A DNA stretch of 64,000 nucleotides from Eledone cirrhosa (taxonomy: Eukaryota): the NCBI GenBank assembly GCA_964016885.1, contig OZ024741.1, positions 297,104,001 to 297,168,000 of the forward strand, in the 5' to 3' direction. Each line of letters begins with the position of its first letter. Position 1 is the stretch's first letter. The position numbers and the translations under genes are program-made. This document shows, piece after piece, positions 1-12,400 of the stretch. The notes below the pieces were generated by a model that made no database searches, was not told the DNA's origin, and saw nothing but the letters and a program-made list of their open reading frames with translations.

Positions 1-905
1 TGAAATCTATAACTCTTTCTATAACTCTTTCAACAGCAATGGATTGCAGACTGGCAACTGAAGCTGGCTGTGGACAAGTGTACCACCATGCATTTTGGGA
101 GGAAAAATCCAGCGTCCACATACTCCCTCCACAACGCTGATATCAAGGTGAACGTGACCTGGGTATTACTGTCAGCAGCGATTTGCGTTGGACAAAGCAC
201 ATCTCTAAAATTGTCAAGAAGGCCGAGGGTGTCTTGGCATCACTCAGCAAAATCTTTGTTAGCCGCTCTCCAGCCATCTATTTAAAGCTGTATGCAGCTA
301 TGGTACAACCACACTTGGAATTCGCATCATCAGTCTGGAACCCCTATTTTGCTCAGAACATTGACCTCCTGGAAACTGTTCAGAGACGTGCAACCAAGCG
401 CATACCCTCCATCAGACACCTACCATAATCTGAACGCCTTGCTTCCCTGGGCATGGATTCATTGAAGCTCCGACGTCTGGCAATGGACTTGGTAAACACC
501 CACAAAGTTATTAACCATCTCGCCAACAACAACCCTGAGCACCTTTTTGATCTCCATGTGTCTAACACACGTGGGCATGCCTACAAAGTCAGAAAACAGC
601 ACAGCTCCCATGACTTTCGGAAACATTTTTTCATGCTTAGAGTTGCTGAAGCATGGAACTAACTGCCTGCATCAGTTGTTAGTTGCCTAGACACTGCATC
701 CTTTAAAACCCTCATTCTTCCCGAAATTCGCCAAAACTACACCTGATGTCCCCCTTGCATACACATACACACATGTATTTCATGACTCATACACTGTTCA
801 TTTTCCTGACGTTTGTACATTACCCTATGTATTATACATACACTTTTGATAAGTTGTAGTGCACCTGAGCACTGTACACAATATTTTCATTATTATTATT
901 ATTAT
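1..905 (+). mobile_element. 3' end of a decayed CR1/L2-group LINE (RT C-terminus, 3' UTR and (ATT)n tail)
   Basis: ORF fragments PHLEFASSVWNPY, RRATKRIPSIRHL and NTRGHAYKV...FFMLRVAEAWN are typical of the CR1-type RT C-terminus. There are in-frame stops, and the element ends in (att)n near 889-905. Confidence 0.85.
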
Positions 906-914
906 CATTATGTG

Positions 915-1250
915 CAATGTTAATATGTATGAGACAAAGCATGGATGGTGTGAGAGAAAAGATGGATATAAGTAAAATCAGATGTAGTGTACAGGAGAGA
1001 AGATTGCACTGGTATAGACATGTGATGCATATGGATGATGACTGTTGGGTGAAGAAGAGCCAAGAGATTCTAGTGGAAGGAAGCTGCAGTAGAGAGAAAC
1101 CAAGGAAGACATGGGCAGAGGTTGTGAGAGCTAATCTCAAAATCACTGAAGCTGACAAAGGACCATGATGAGTGCAGGGATGCTGTGCTGGAAAGGACAC
1201 ATCCAACCCATGCAAGCATAGAAAAGTAGATGTAAAATGGTTATAATGAT
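915..1250 (+). mobile_element. RTE LINE 3' fragment
   Basis: ERRLHWYRHVMHM...REKPRKTWAEVV motif, followed by the 3' tail aacccatgcaagcatagaaaagtagatgtaaaa. Confidence 0.8.
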
Positions 1251-1829
1251 GTATTTGGTGAAACAAGCAATTGTTGATGAAGTATTGCATTAATGCATTG
1301 AGCCAAGTATATCACTGGTAAAGTGGTCTTTAACGTGAGTTGATACAAACCTGAAAGGTTCACTAAAGTATGGGGGGGGGGGGATACATGTGTAAAAAAA
1401 AAGGTTCTAATACAGTGTGTCAGTAAAGTTTATCAGTTCTTCATAACATTCTAAAATTTCTACTTAAATTTTTTTTAATGAAATGATATAGCATTTTAAA
1501 TAATTTTTTTTCAATTAGTACATACATATACTTTCTATTACCAAGTTTAAGGATTCCTTATAGGTCACTCAGAAATATTTGGGGCTTGTATTCTGAAATA
1601 TTAAATTTAACGGTTCTTGGTAAGTCTCTCAGTAATATTGGGGGTTTAAATCATCAAATGTCAAATTTAAGACCTTCAGTAATATTTGGGGTTTGTGTGG
1701 TGAAAAACGTTGGAGGCTACTGCACTATTACATATTTTATTGTCAGAGATGGAATTCAAACCTAGTAGAATTTGAACCTGAAACAAGACAGATGAAACTA
1801 AATACTACAAAGCATTTAATTTGCCCTTG

Positions 1830-2560
1830 ATAGGTTTGATACTGAGTGCTACATGGCTGGAATGAAAATCAGTGCTGCAAAAACTGAGCCACTTGTCCTC
1901 TCAAGGAAGCCTTAGCAGTGCACTCTACATGTGAATGGAGTTTCACTGAAGCAGGTAGAGAAATTCAAGTATTTTGGGGCCATGTTCACAAGTGACGGAG
2001 GGCAGGAGGCTAAATTAAGTATAAGAATTGCAGGAGCTGGTGCAGTAATGCACCAGCTTCAGCATTCGGTAATCAGAAGGGAGGTAGGTGTAAAAGCTAA
2101 ACTCACTATCTTAAATTTGGTATTTGTGCTAACCTTTACCTATGGTCATAACCAAAAGAATACGATCACAAATACAAGCGGCTAAAATGGGGTTCCTCCA
2201 AAGGTTCTTTGGAGTAAAGTTACTGGATAGAGTATGTAGCTTGGAGAGCAGAGAGTCACTCCAGGTAGAGCTGCTACTTCTCCAAATTGAGAGATCACAG
2301 CTCTGATACTATAAGTATATGGTTACAATGCCTCAGGAAAGAACCGCTGGACAGATTTTATGGACAAAACCAACCAGCAGGAGGCCCAGAGGTAGACCCC
2401 AAGCAAGGTGGTTGGATAACATCCATGAGCTTGGTTGGTCTCGCTTGGGGATTCAGCCAGACCAGTTGAAGATGGTTGCTTCTGACGGGACCTGCTGGAA
2501 TGAGTGTTTGAGGACTCTGACCCCACGACCCTCTCAGGAATAAGTGTGTGATGAAGAAGA
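1830..2560 (+). mobile_element. RTE LINE 3' fragment (second family)
   Basis: QVEKFKYFG and RPRGRPQARWLDNI motifs. Related fragments occur at about 25880-26210 and 58030-58370. Confidence 0.8.
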
Positions 2561-3048
2561 AAAAGATTTGTAATATATCATTTATCACAAAAATGTAATA
2601 GTCCCAATAATCCTAATGGAGTCGTAGAGGTGCCGTAGTGACATACACCATTTCTTAGGGCATTTTTAAACCTGGCGGAGTCTATCTCCTCTCCAGGTCT
2701 GAACACAGCAGATTTCTTCCAGAGAAGGATAGAAAGTGAGAGAGAGGAAGTAAGAAAGAGATATAGAGGTAGAATCGACCCCAGTACTTGACTGGTACTT
2801 TTTTTTATCAAACTTGAAAGAATGTAAGACAAAGTTGACCTCTATCACAAACATACACAACATAAAATCATCTTTTATAATTTAACACATTTTTTCTTTA
2901 CCATATTTCTGATGAAAAACCTTGCTTATGGTATACAAATCATAATGAAAATAAACAAAACTTTGCATTAATAAGCTGGTGTTTGAAATACAACAAAGAT
3001 TCTTATGCAAAATTATGGTGGAAAGCTTTTTAGATAAATATAAACACT

Positions 3049-3306
3049 TTAACCCTTTCATTACCATATTTCTGGTGAAAGACAATGTTATGGATTTTCA
3101 AAATAATCAAGAATTTGGATGGATTTAATAATATAACTAACTTCCTCATTATTAACCTAGTGTTTTGAATGTAACTACAATTTAATAAAAATGCTTACAT
3201 AAAATTATAATGGAAGGTTTTTAGATAAATATAAACACTTTAAAATAAACATGTCTGTATCATAAAACTAGAAATAGTTTCAAGCAGTTTGATATGAAAG
3301 GGATTA
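3049..3306. mobile_element. TTAA-flanked (piggyBac-like) AT-rich MITE family
   Basis: Starts ttaaccctttcattacca and ends gatatgaaagggattaa. Related copies or fragments lie at about 28481-29017, 22320-22480, 25000-25200, 35280-35660 and 63060-63240. Confidence 0.55.
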
Positions 3307-4184
3307 AGCTAATCTATCAAACACACTTCTAATCTGTGAGAAAACTCATGGGTTATTTGATATAATGAGTTATTTCATTAACCCTTTTGTATTTAAACTG
3401 GCCATATCTGGCCAGAATTCTCTCACCTCTTTCTCTTCAAACTGGCCATAACTGACCACTCATACTGACGTTAAGGCATTGTTCTCAAAATAAATAATAT
3501 CAAAATCTCATAGATTCTATATTATAAGATAATTATATGAGGTAAAGCCTTTACCGTGAAAATACAGTAGTAAATATAGAGTAATGTAAATGCTAAAGAG
3601 TTACAACAGAAATAGAAAATATAAAAGATGTTTTTTTTTAAACATACCAATAGTTGTCATAAAATCAAATTTAGACACAACTTTAGCAAAAGTTCTACAA
3701 AGAATATTAACTGTAATCAACAAATCTGCAACTTTGTTTCGATCTAATTCATTCCTCCAGTAGATAGACTGCTGTTCAGGCATATTTCAAAGTCGTGTGA
3801 TGTGTTTTGGCAACTAATCATTCTGCTGTGTCATCCTTGCTATAAAACACTGGTACCAATGACACAAACTAAACTCTTTATTTTTTAAATTCACACACTA
3901 ACAGGCATACATCTACAGATCTAGTAAATTATCACACAACATTATCTCTTCATGTCTTAAAATAACTAATTAATAATTTATTCATTTAATTAGATATCCA
4001 ACAGGAAACAAAATCAAATCTTACAAATATAGATAAAACAAAATTAGTCATGAATATTTCAGAGCAAATTCAATGACATTACAAACCAAATTAGAAGCAG
4101 GGAATTTATTAAGTAGAGTGAAACTGTAAAAACTACTCATTACATTGGGGAATACTTTTAAAGTGAGACCTGTTTCTGGATATA

Positions 4185-4222
<38 letters not shown>

Positions 4223-4388
4223 ATAAAATGAGTCCCTCATCAGTGATTTGCCGAAGATCATAGATATTTCATTGCATTAAAAATCATATACCTCACGTCG
4301 GTGCAATAATAACCAAAATAAGTTATTAGGACAATTAAAACGCGTAAAGCGAGTGAGACAGGAGAACAACAGAGTATGGCTAACTAGG

Positions 4389-4445
<57 letters not shown>

Positions 4446-4619
4446 CATCAGGAAGCCCTAATGATTTCTCCCGAATGAAACAGTTCTAGTCCTGTAGAAG
4501 CCATTTCTATATTAAATATCTATACTCTGCTATGTATTGAGTACCTTACTTACTGTGGTTACCCCCGATTGAACCCGGGATAAACTTATATATATATTTA
4601 TATATATATATATGTATGT

Positions 4620-5455
4620 ATCATTATCATCACATCATCACAGTCTTACGTCCATTCTTCCATGCTAACATGGGTTAGATGGGTTATCCTGTTGTGGGCA
4701 ATGCCAAGTCAGGTGACCTTGTCTTGCTCATAGGGGAACTGATTTTGGCTTGATTTCTACAGCTGGATGCTCTTCATAACACCAACCTCATTTACAGTGA
4801 GTGCTGGGTGCTTTTTTTCCGTTGCGCCTACACGTCCACTTTACAGTGTGGGCTAGGTGCTTTTTTGTCATGATACCTCCACGACCACTTTGCAGTGGGA
4901 GGGGATAGAGGCATATTGTCTATATGTTTCCGCTTTGGGTTGTTCCGAGGGGGGGGGGGGGGTCGGGTCGTCTGTATTACTAAGTGACGCCAGAGGTCAC
5001 GGTCCTGTGTCATCGCCTTTGAGAGGTGCAATTGGTCAAGGTCAGCTTTTATCACCTCATCCCAGGTCTGCTTGGGTCTCCCCACTCTATGGCTTCCATT
5101 GACTTTTAGTGCCCTGCACCTTTTTATGCAGCTGTCATCCTTCATACACATCACATGTCCATACTAACACAACCTCCTCTCCTGCACACAACATTTGATT
5201 CCTCTTATGCTCAGTCTCTCTCTCAATTCATTTATGCTTTGCCGTTTGCATATATTACTATTACACATCCACCGTAGCATACAAACTTCGTTTCTGTCTA
5301 ATCTACACAAGTCTTCTACACACAGCGGCCAGGACTCACTACCATGTAACACTGCTATTCGTATGCACGCATCATACTGTCTGCCTTCCATTTTGAGGGA
5401 AAAGCCTTTTGAAGCTAGCAGTGATAGTAGCTCCTGAACTTCTTTCATCCTGTTC
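4620..5455 (-). mobile_element. RTE LINE 3' part with long SINE-like 3' UTR
   Basis: ORFs 5164-5448 (AVLHGSESW, ERRL) and 4828-5154 (GRPKQTWDEVI), then the shared ggttggtg..gcatccagctgtagaaa module and (gat)n tail. Confidence 0.8.
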
Positions 5456-5674
5456 TTATATATATATATAAAACAATAAAACTATGCATATATCAGATAA
5501 GTAGCACTCAACAGTTGGTAGAACTGGAGTATATATAAAGAAGAAATTAAAAGATGGTTAAAAAAGTTCCATATATTTTATTATGCGCATTTTGAAAACA
5601 ACATCATCCTGGGACAAAAGTTGTGTTCTCATCAGATAAAATAACGTAACATGATATGAGGCCTAAAAACACCT

Positions 5675-5744
5675 TATTTTATCTGATGAGAACACAATTT
5701 TTGTACCAGGATGATGTTGTTTTCGAAATGCGCATAATAAAATA
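5675..5744 (+). ncRNA. Minimal type I hammerhead ribozyme in a PLE fold-back
   Basis: tattttat-CTGATGA-gaac...tgttttc-GAAA-tgcgca (palindrome)-TA-ataaaata. Stem I is 8 bp. The inverted copy at about 5574-5643 has GAAA changed to AAAA. Confidence 0.8.
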
Positions 5745-6523
5745 TATGGAACTTTTTTAACCATCTTTTAATTTCTTCTATATATATATATATATGTATA
5801 TATAAAACTGATCTTGTCTGTGTGTCCTCATTTTTGCAGTCTATACAAATCCACATTTCTACTCCGATTGACTTCAAACTTGCATTTATATATTCCTTGC
5901 GGTCTAAAGATACTAACTGCAGCTTTTATTTTTCAATTTTCTGTTGTTAAAGGGGTGTTATCGATCTCCGTCGAGCCCTTATATCTGTCTGTATGTCTGG
6001 CTGTCTGCATAACGACATTTTGACGAACACGTCATTGATACACACACACACACACATATATACATATACATCTAAAGAGAGAAAGGGAGATGTAGAGAGA
6101 GAAAGTGAGATAGGCCGTTATACAGAGAGGTAAAAGATATTCAGATAGAGAGAACGAGAGAGAATGGTGACGAACGCTGGTTCACACACACACAAACACA
6201 TATATAAAGACAGAGAGGAGGGGAGGAGATCTGCGCGTTCTTTATTGTTCTCTATTCTGTAGAGGAAGAGAGAGAGAGAGGGGTATGAGTGAGAAGAGCG
6301 AGAGAAAGAGAGAGAGGGTATGAGAAAAAAGGGGGTTGAGAAAGAAAGAGAGTGAGGAACTTTAACTTTTATTTATTTATCTATTCTTTACACACTGTTC
6401 AACTCTCCCCTTTCCTCAACCTTATGTCTCTTTCTCTCTTTCACACAAGACGTACTGTGACTGTGTGTGTTATATATATTTATGTCCGCACACACACACA
6501 CACACACACACAAAAACGCATCC

Positions 6524-6583
<60 letters not shown>

Positions 6584-6612
6584 GTGGTTACACAACAGTT
6601 AGTTCTCCATTA

Positions 6613-6652
6613 CCGAGAACAATTGTTTCACCTTAGCGGATCTTCAGCTCGG
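6613..6652 (-). ncRNA. Minimal type I hammerhead ribozyme in a PLE fold-back
   Basis: Minus strand reads ccgag-CTGAAGA-tccgctaaggt-GAAA-caattg (palindrome)-TT-ctcgg. The mirror copy on + at 6662-6701 has C3->U. Confidence 0.75.
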
Positions 6653-7299
6653 AATCAGATTCCGAGTTGAAGATCTGCTAAGGTGAAACAATTGTTTTCG
6701 GTATGATGAACTAACTGTTGTGTAACCACTTCTACCTAACTCATCCTTGGACTGAGTGTCCTACCACTACAGATATTACCTTCCAGTGTTCCACCACTAT
6801 ATATATATATATATTTGTTATAAGAACAGATTAAAGTTTAAGCAAAGAATCACTGCTTTCAACATTAACGGGATCTTCTGAAACTAAAAAATTTAATCTG
6901 TGAAGCAGAAGTAAATATTTTGAAAAACTTTGCAACCGGAGGAAAACAGGTAGACGATACTTTCGTTTGTGAAGACGTTCCCTGGCAATGAACGGAAAAC
7001 AAGCGAAGATAATACATCATTATGTGGAGCAATGAAAATAGTTACACGTTTATGGTATAAATGAAGTCGTAGACTAATATTCTATTTAGGAAACCGAATG
7101 ATTCTCAGCTTCAGAGTTAAGAATAATGTAAATAAATTAGTAGAACAAAAATGACAGAGGTTATTAAATATATACACGCATCCATATACATACATACGCA
7201 TGCATACGCGAAAAAACCCGCCATGCATGCATATACAAGCATGTACACTTAAACACTCGCACACATACATAAACCCGCGCGACACCTATACCCGCACAC

Positions 7300-8104
7300 A
7301 ACATCATCATTATTATCATCTTCGTTTAACGTCCATCTTCCACACTAGCATGGGTTAGACGGGAGTTGTCCCACTTGAGGCAAGGTTGGTCGGGTGACAG
7401 TGTCTCGCTCATATAGGACTATCTGGCAGGTTTTCTACGGCTGGATGCTCTTCCTAACACCAACCACATTACAGTGTGGACTGTGTGTTTTTTTGTCATT
7501 ACACCTACACAATCTCAATCTTGATCTCATTATCTCATTTATTTGGACTGGATGTTGTGATACCAACAGAGAGAGGGTGGTGTTAGTGGGAGTGGGAGGA
7601 TAGGGTAGGAGTAGTGGATTGGGGTGTATATTTAGTTAAGAGGTGCCTACTGACTGTAGTTTCACTTTGTACATAGGCAAGGCAGGTCTTCTGTATTACT
7701 GCGTAGCGCCAAAGATCTCGGTCCAGTGATATTGTCTTAGAGAGGTGCAAGTGTGTAAGGTCAGAATTTATCAAATCGTCCCAGGTTTTTCTGGGTCTAC
7801 TTACTCCGTAACTACCATCAATTTTGATCGCCCTGCACTTTTTTATACAGCTGTCGTCTTTCATGTGCATCACGTGACCATACCAATGTAGTCTTCTCTC
7901 AAGTAAACAACATCTGATCCCTCTTATTCCTAATTTCTCACTTAGTTCATTTATGCTTTGCCGTTCATGTATATTACTGTTACACATCCAACGGAGCATG
8001 CATGCTTCGTTCCTTTCCAGTCTGCGCAGGTCTTCTGCACACAATGCCCATGTCTCACTGCCATGTAGCATTGCTGTTCGTATACAGGCATCATACAATC
8101 TGCC
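7300..8104 (-). mobile_element. RTE LINE 3' part nested in the PLE pseudo-LTR
   Basis: ORF 7583-8098 AMLHGSETW...ERRLHWYGHV...RPRKTWDDLI, followed by the 3' UTR and (gat)n tail at about 7300. Confidence 0.85.
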
Positions 8105-8172
8105 TACACCAAATACACATAAAAAAATATATATATGTGTGTGTGTATATACATATAATTATATAAACGTAT

Positions 8173-8690
8173 AGGCAGACCCAGAAAAACCTGGGACGAC
8201 TTGATAAATTCCGACCTCACACACTTACACCTCTCCAAGACAATGCCACTGGACCGAGATCTTTGGCGGTACTCAGTAATAGAGAAGACCCGCCTTACCT
8301 AAATACGAAGTAAAACCTACTACAGTCAGTAGGCACCTCTAACAAAATACACCCCCGTCCTGCTACCCCCACCCCATCCACACCGCCCCTTTCAATGTAA
8401 AGTTATGTTGGTACCACAACATCCAGGCCGAAACAAATGAGGTCGTGTAGGTGTCACGACAAAAAAAACACACAGTCCACGCTGTAATGTGGCCGTGTAG
8501 GTAACATGGTAAAAACCTCCCAGTTCCACACTGTAAATGTGGTTGGTGTTAGGAAGGGCATCCAGCCGTAGAAAACCCGCCAGACAGTCCTATGCGAGCA
8601 AGACAACCACTCTTGCCTCAAGTGGGAAAACTCCCGTCCAAACCCATGCAAGCGTGGAATACGGACGTTAAACGATGATGATGATGATGA
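8173..8690 (+). mobile_element. 5'-truncated RTE copy (ORF end plus long 3' UTR)
   Basis: Highly similar to 14350-14870, 26520-27222, 46250-46780 and 60993-61270 (minus). Ends ggacgttaaac(gat)n. Confidence 0.85.
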
Positions 8691-8879
8691 TATAAATATA
8701 CACACATAAATACGTATATAACGCACGCACACACATACCTACAGGTAAATATACATATGTTCACTAAACGTACGTCAACCAAAACACAAAGTACACATAT
8801 ACACACCTTACATACGTGCAAACACACATACACACACAAACACGCATACACATATACACATGTACCAGTATATATAATA

Positions 8880-9470
8880 CTAGCAGTGGTACCCGGCGCT
8901 GCACGGGATAAGGTATTTCGGAACAGACCTAATCGTGGAAAAACTGCATGTCTGGACAATATGTAAAGAAAATAAACCGAATACTCTGATGGCTGGATAA
9001 TCTTTAAGATTTTGCTCGATGAAGAAGGAAAAATGCAGGTTTTTACCTAATGCGGGGCCTAGGGGATCAAGAAAATGAATGTTTTTTATGCGCATAATAT
9101 GCCTTGAAATTTCAGGAAAATCGGCTAGACGTAACACCTCAAAATGGCCCCAAAAAGCTAAAAAAATGAAGTTTTTCACCTAATGTGGGCCCTAGGCCAT
9201 AAAAAAGTTGGATTTTCTTTGCTCACAGTATGAAGAAGAGACTGACTAATGCATAGTTACAATTTCAAGGAAATTGGTCTGACGTAACGCCCCATAAAAA
9301 CCCTAAAAAGCTGAAAAAACACAGTTTTTCACCTAATGCATAACACTCCCTGAAACATAAGTAATACACATGTAAAGTTTGAAAAAAATCAGTTGGGTAC
9401 TTCTCGAGTTTTAGGGATTCTACTCACAGATACACACACAGACAGACATCCTCAGTTTTATATATATAGA
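8880..9470 (-). mobile_element. Non-autonomous Helitron
   Basis: Minus strand begins TCTATATATATAAAA and ends with the hairpin cccgtgcagcgccggg followed by CTAG. Internal degenerate tandem repeats are present. Confidence 0.75.
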
Positions 9471-12400
9471 AAATATATACACCTATAACAAATACAAGCA
9501 AATATACGTACGAGAAAGTATACGTACCTTCACAAAACATATGGGTAAGGTATATTTACCTATACAAATAAGTAATGGTATAAACATAAAATATACTTAG
9601 CTACCATATCAAGACGTAAATTATCCGCATGTTGTTCGTACTATCCATTAGGGTATAATGTGGGGCTGTAATACAGGAAAGTTTTATGCAATTTATGTTT
9701 ACAAGCCGAAATTGCCTCAGATTTTTTGTTTAAGATGTGGTCATTGGCGTAGAGTATTTCCAGGGCTTCAGCGACGCAAAGATCGCATGGTCTTTTATTT
9801 CCGTTATACGATCTAGCCTTAACTAGGATCTCCCAGTGTTACCTATATTGGGTGTGGTTGTCTTTTAGACTCCAGATATAAACTAAAAGTGACATCATAT
9901 TCCTTCTTAAAGGGTTAAGAAAAGAATGGGTGTGGATGTAAAGACGCTGCTTGAATCTATTGGCAGTTAACCCTATGTAGGCCCTACGGGACGTGGGTGT
10001 TTCGACCTTACATTTGTAGACAATGTTACTGGAGAGGCATTTCCCGGATAGAGGGCAGTCAACCCGATTCCTACAATTACAGTTAGTACTAGCTACAGGG
10101 CTGCACGTGTTCCTACGGCTAGGTAATTTAGCTAAATTTGAAGCAGTGATGTTATGTGCAACGTTAGGAGTCATAGAGTAAGATATTTTAATGGTATTTC
10201 TATTAAAAATTTTATGCTGAGGGGAAATGTTTCTTAATAAGGGAGAGAAAGATCTTAGCTAATGGTGTGGCCACCTCCATATTATATGGTGGGTTATACC
10301 ATATAATGCGTCGGGATCTATTTTTCATAGGTCTATTCTCGTAGTCTGTATATGCTACCTTATCGACAAATTCACTCCATGCAAGAGCTTCATTGTAATA
10401 TGCAGAATGGTCGGTGAAAATATGCTCGTTTGTAGATAGACGGGAAAGCCTCAAAGAAATGTTTCTTACCAGGTTCTTGGTTATGCTGGCAGGATGGTTA
10501 GAATGCTTACTTATGTAATTAAGTGTATCGTTCGGCCTTCTATACGGGTAGTGCAAGCCATTTGACAAATTTAGGGTAACGTTGAGGTAATTAACGACCG
10601 AGAGATTGGCCTCAACCTGTATGGAGAGGTTGAAGCCTTTAAAGAAGGCTGTGAGTTCTTTTCTGAACATGTCGCAAGCACGTGGGCCATACTTTGTCAT
10701 GGTCAAAAGACCGTCATCACGGTACAAACCACCGCCCACATTGGGGAATTCTTCCTTGATAGAGAAAAGAAGAAAAAGGCCGATAAGATCAGTAACCACC
10801 GCCGAATCGCTGGCACCTATACTCACGTCGAATGGGGTACTATTAGATTTTTTAATCCAAATAGAGTCGTCAAAATTAATCACCGACTTACGGGCATTGA
10901 GGATGACATCAGCTTTGAAATCCTTAACCATCGTGAGCGTTTTAGCGAAATTGATAGCTCTAAGAAGAAGTGGTAAAGTGATGGAGGAGTAGTAGTTATT
11001 GATGTCGAATTGGATAAAACGGCAATGTTCCTTGTTGCATATGCCATTGAACCAATCAATCACCGCGAAAGAATTGTTCCACAGTGTAAGAGGGGCCAAG
11101 CTTCTAATTTCAGGTATAATTCTATCTAAAATCCTTTACTAAGTCTACCTAAATCGTCTTTGTAGGGTTAATAAGCCGAATAGAGGGGTTGTTGGCGAAA
11201 TTGGGTTTGTGATCCTTCAGGGTAAAGTGAGGAGAAATAGGGTCCATAGGTTCAGTCCGGTCCTGGATGTTGAGTTCAGAGGTGATTTTAAACCCAGCCT
11301 CGTTGATGTCATTAATGACACTCCGATTAGTTTTCCGGTAACCCTTAGTTACAGCATTATGTAGCAGTTGATGGTAAGTACTGTGCTCCACTTTATATAG
11401 ATTGCCAATTTTGTTGGAGTGGACGTGCACGGTATTAGAATCCTTAATAGAACAAATTCTATTCTTCAGCTCCTGCTGGAAGGAATTGCTCCTATTCCAA
11501 AATTTTATACTCTGTATGAGTTCCAAGACATTGTTTTCGAAGGGTAGCAATGCCGAGTTACTCGGAAGGTTATTATAAGTTTTAAACCCAAATTTATCCT
11601 GTTTATTGAAATAAAAGGCACACCAACACAACCTTTTAATGAACGAGTACATTTTCTGTATCAGGAGTTTTAGGTATGTTTTCCTGCTTGGTATGGGTAT
11701 GTTCTTTGTAGAAATATTCAGATGTTGTTTCTGCATGATGAATATAAGTCAATAGAGTGCTCAACCGAGGGAGCCAAATAGTAATAATAATAAATTTGAA
11801 GACTAAAATCCAAAGAAGGCTCGATAAGGATAAATATATATCAAATATATAAGAACCCTAGACCAAATATTTATTAAAATAACAGATTAAAGTTTAAGCA
11901 AAGAATCGCTGCTTTCACCCTTAACGGGATCTTCTGAAACAAGAAAAATAAATCTGTGAACGCAGAAGTAAATATTTCGAAAAACGTTTCAACCGGAGGA
12001 AAACAGGAAGACGATACTTTGGTTTGTGAAGACATTCCCTGGCAATGAACGGAAAAAAGCGAAGATAATACGTCATTATGTGGAGCGATGAGAATAGTTA
12101 CACGCAAAGACAAAACTACGTTTATGGTATAAATGAAGTCGTAGACTAATATTCTATTTAGGAAACCGAATGATTCTCGGCTTCAGAGTTAAGAATAATG
12201 TAAATAAATTAGTAGAATGAAAATGACAGAGGTTATTGAAATCAACAATAATTAAATATATACATACACGCATCTATATACGTACATACGCATGCATACG
12301 TGAAAACATCTACCATGCATACATATACAAGCACGTACACATAAACACGCGCACATACATAAACCCACACGGCACCTATACCCACACACATACAAACGTA

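Noticed and set aside
2578-2832. 84-aa minus-strand ORF as a further USP8 exon
   Set aside because: It has no USP8 similarity, and the sequence is a dispersed repeat that also occurs at about 62.1 kb.
4222-4390. CTGATGAG on minus at about 4235-4243 as a hammerhead
   Set aside because: It is cut off by (TA)n before any stem II closure or GAAA; at most it is a 5' fragment.
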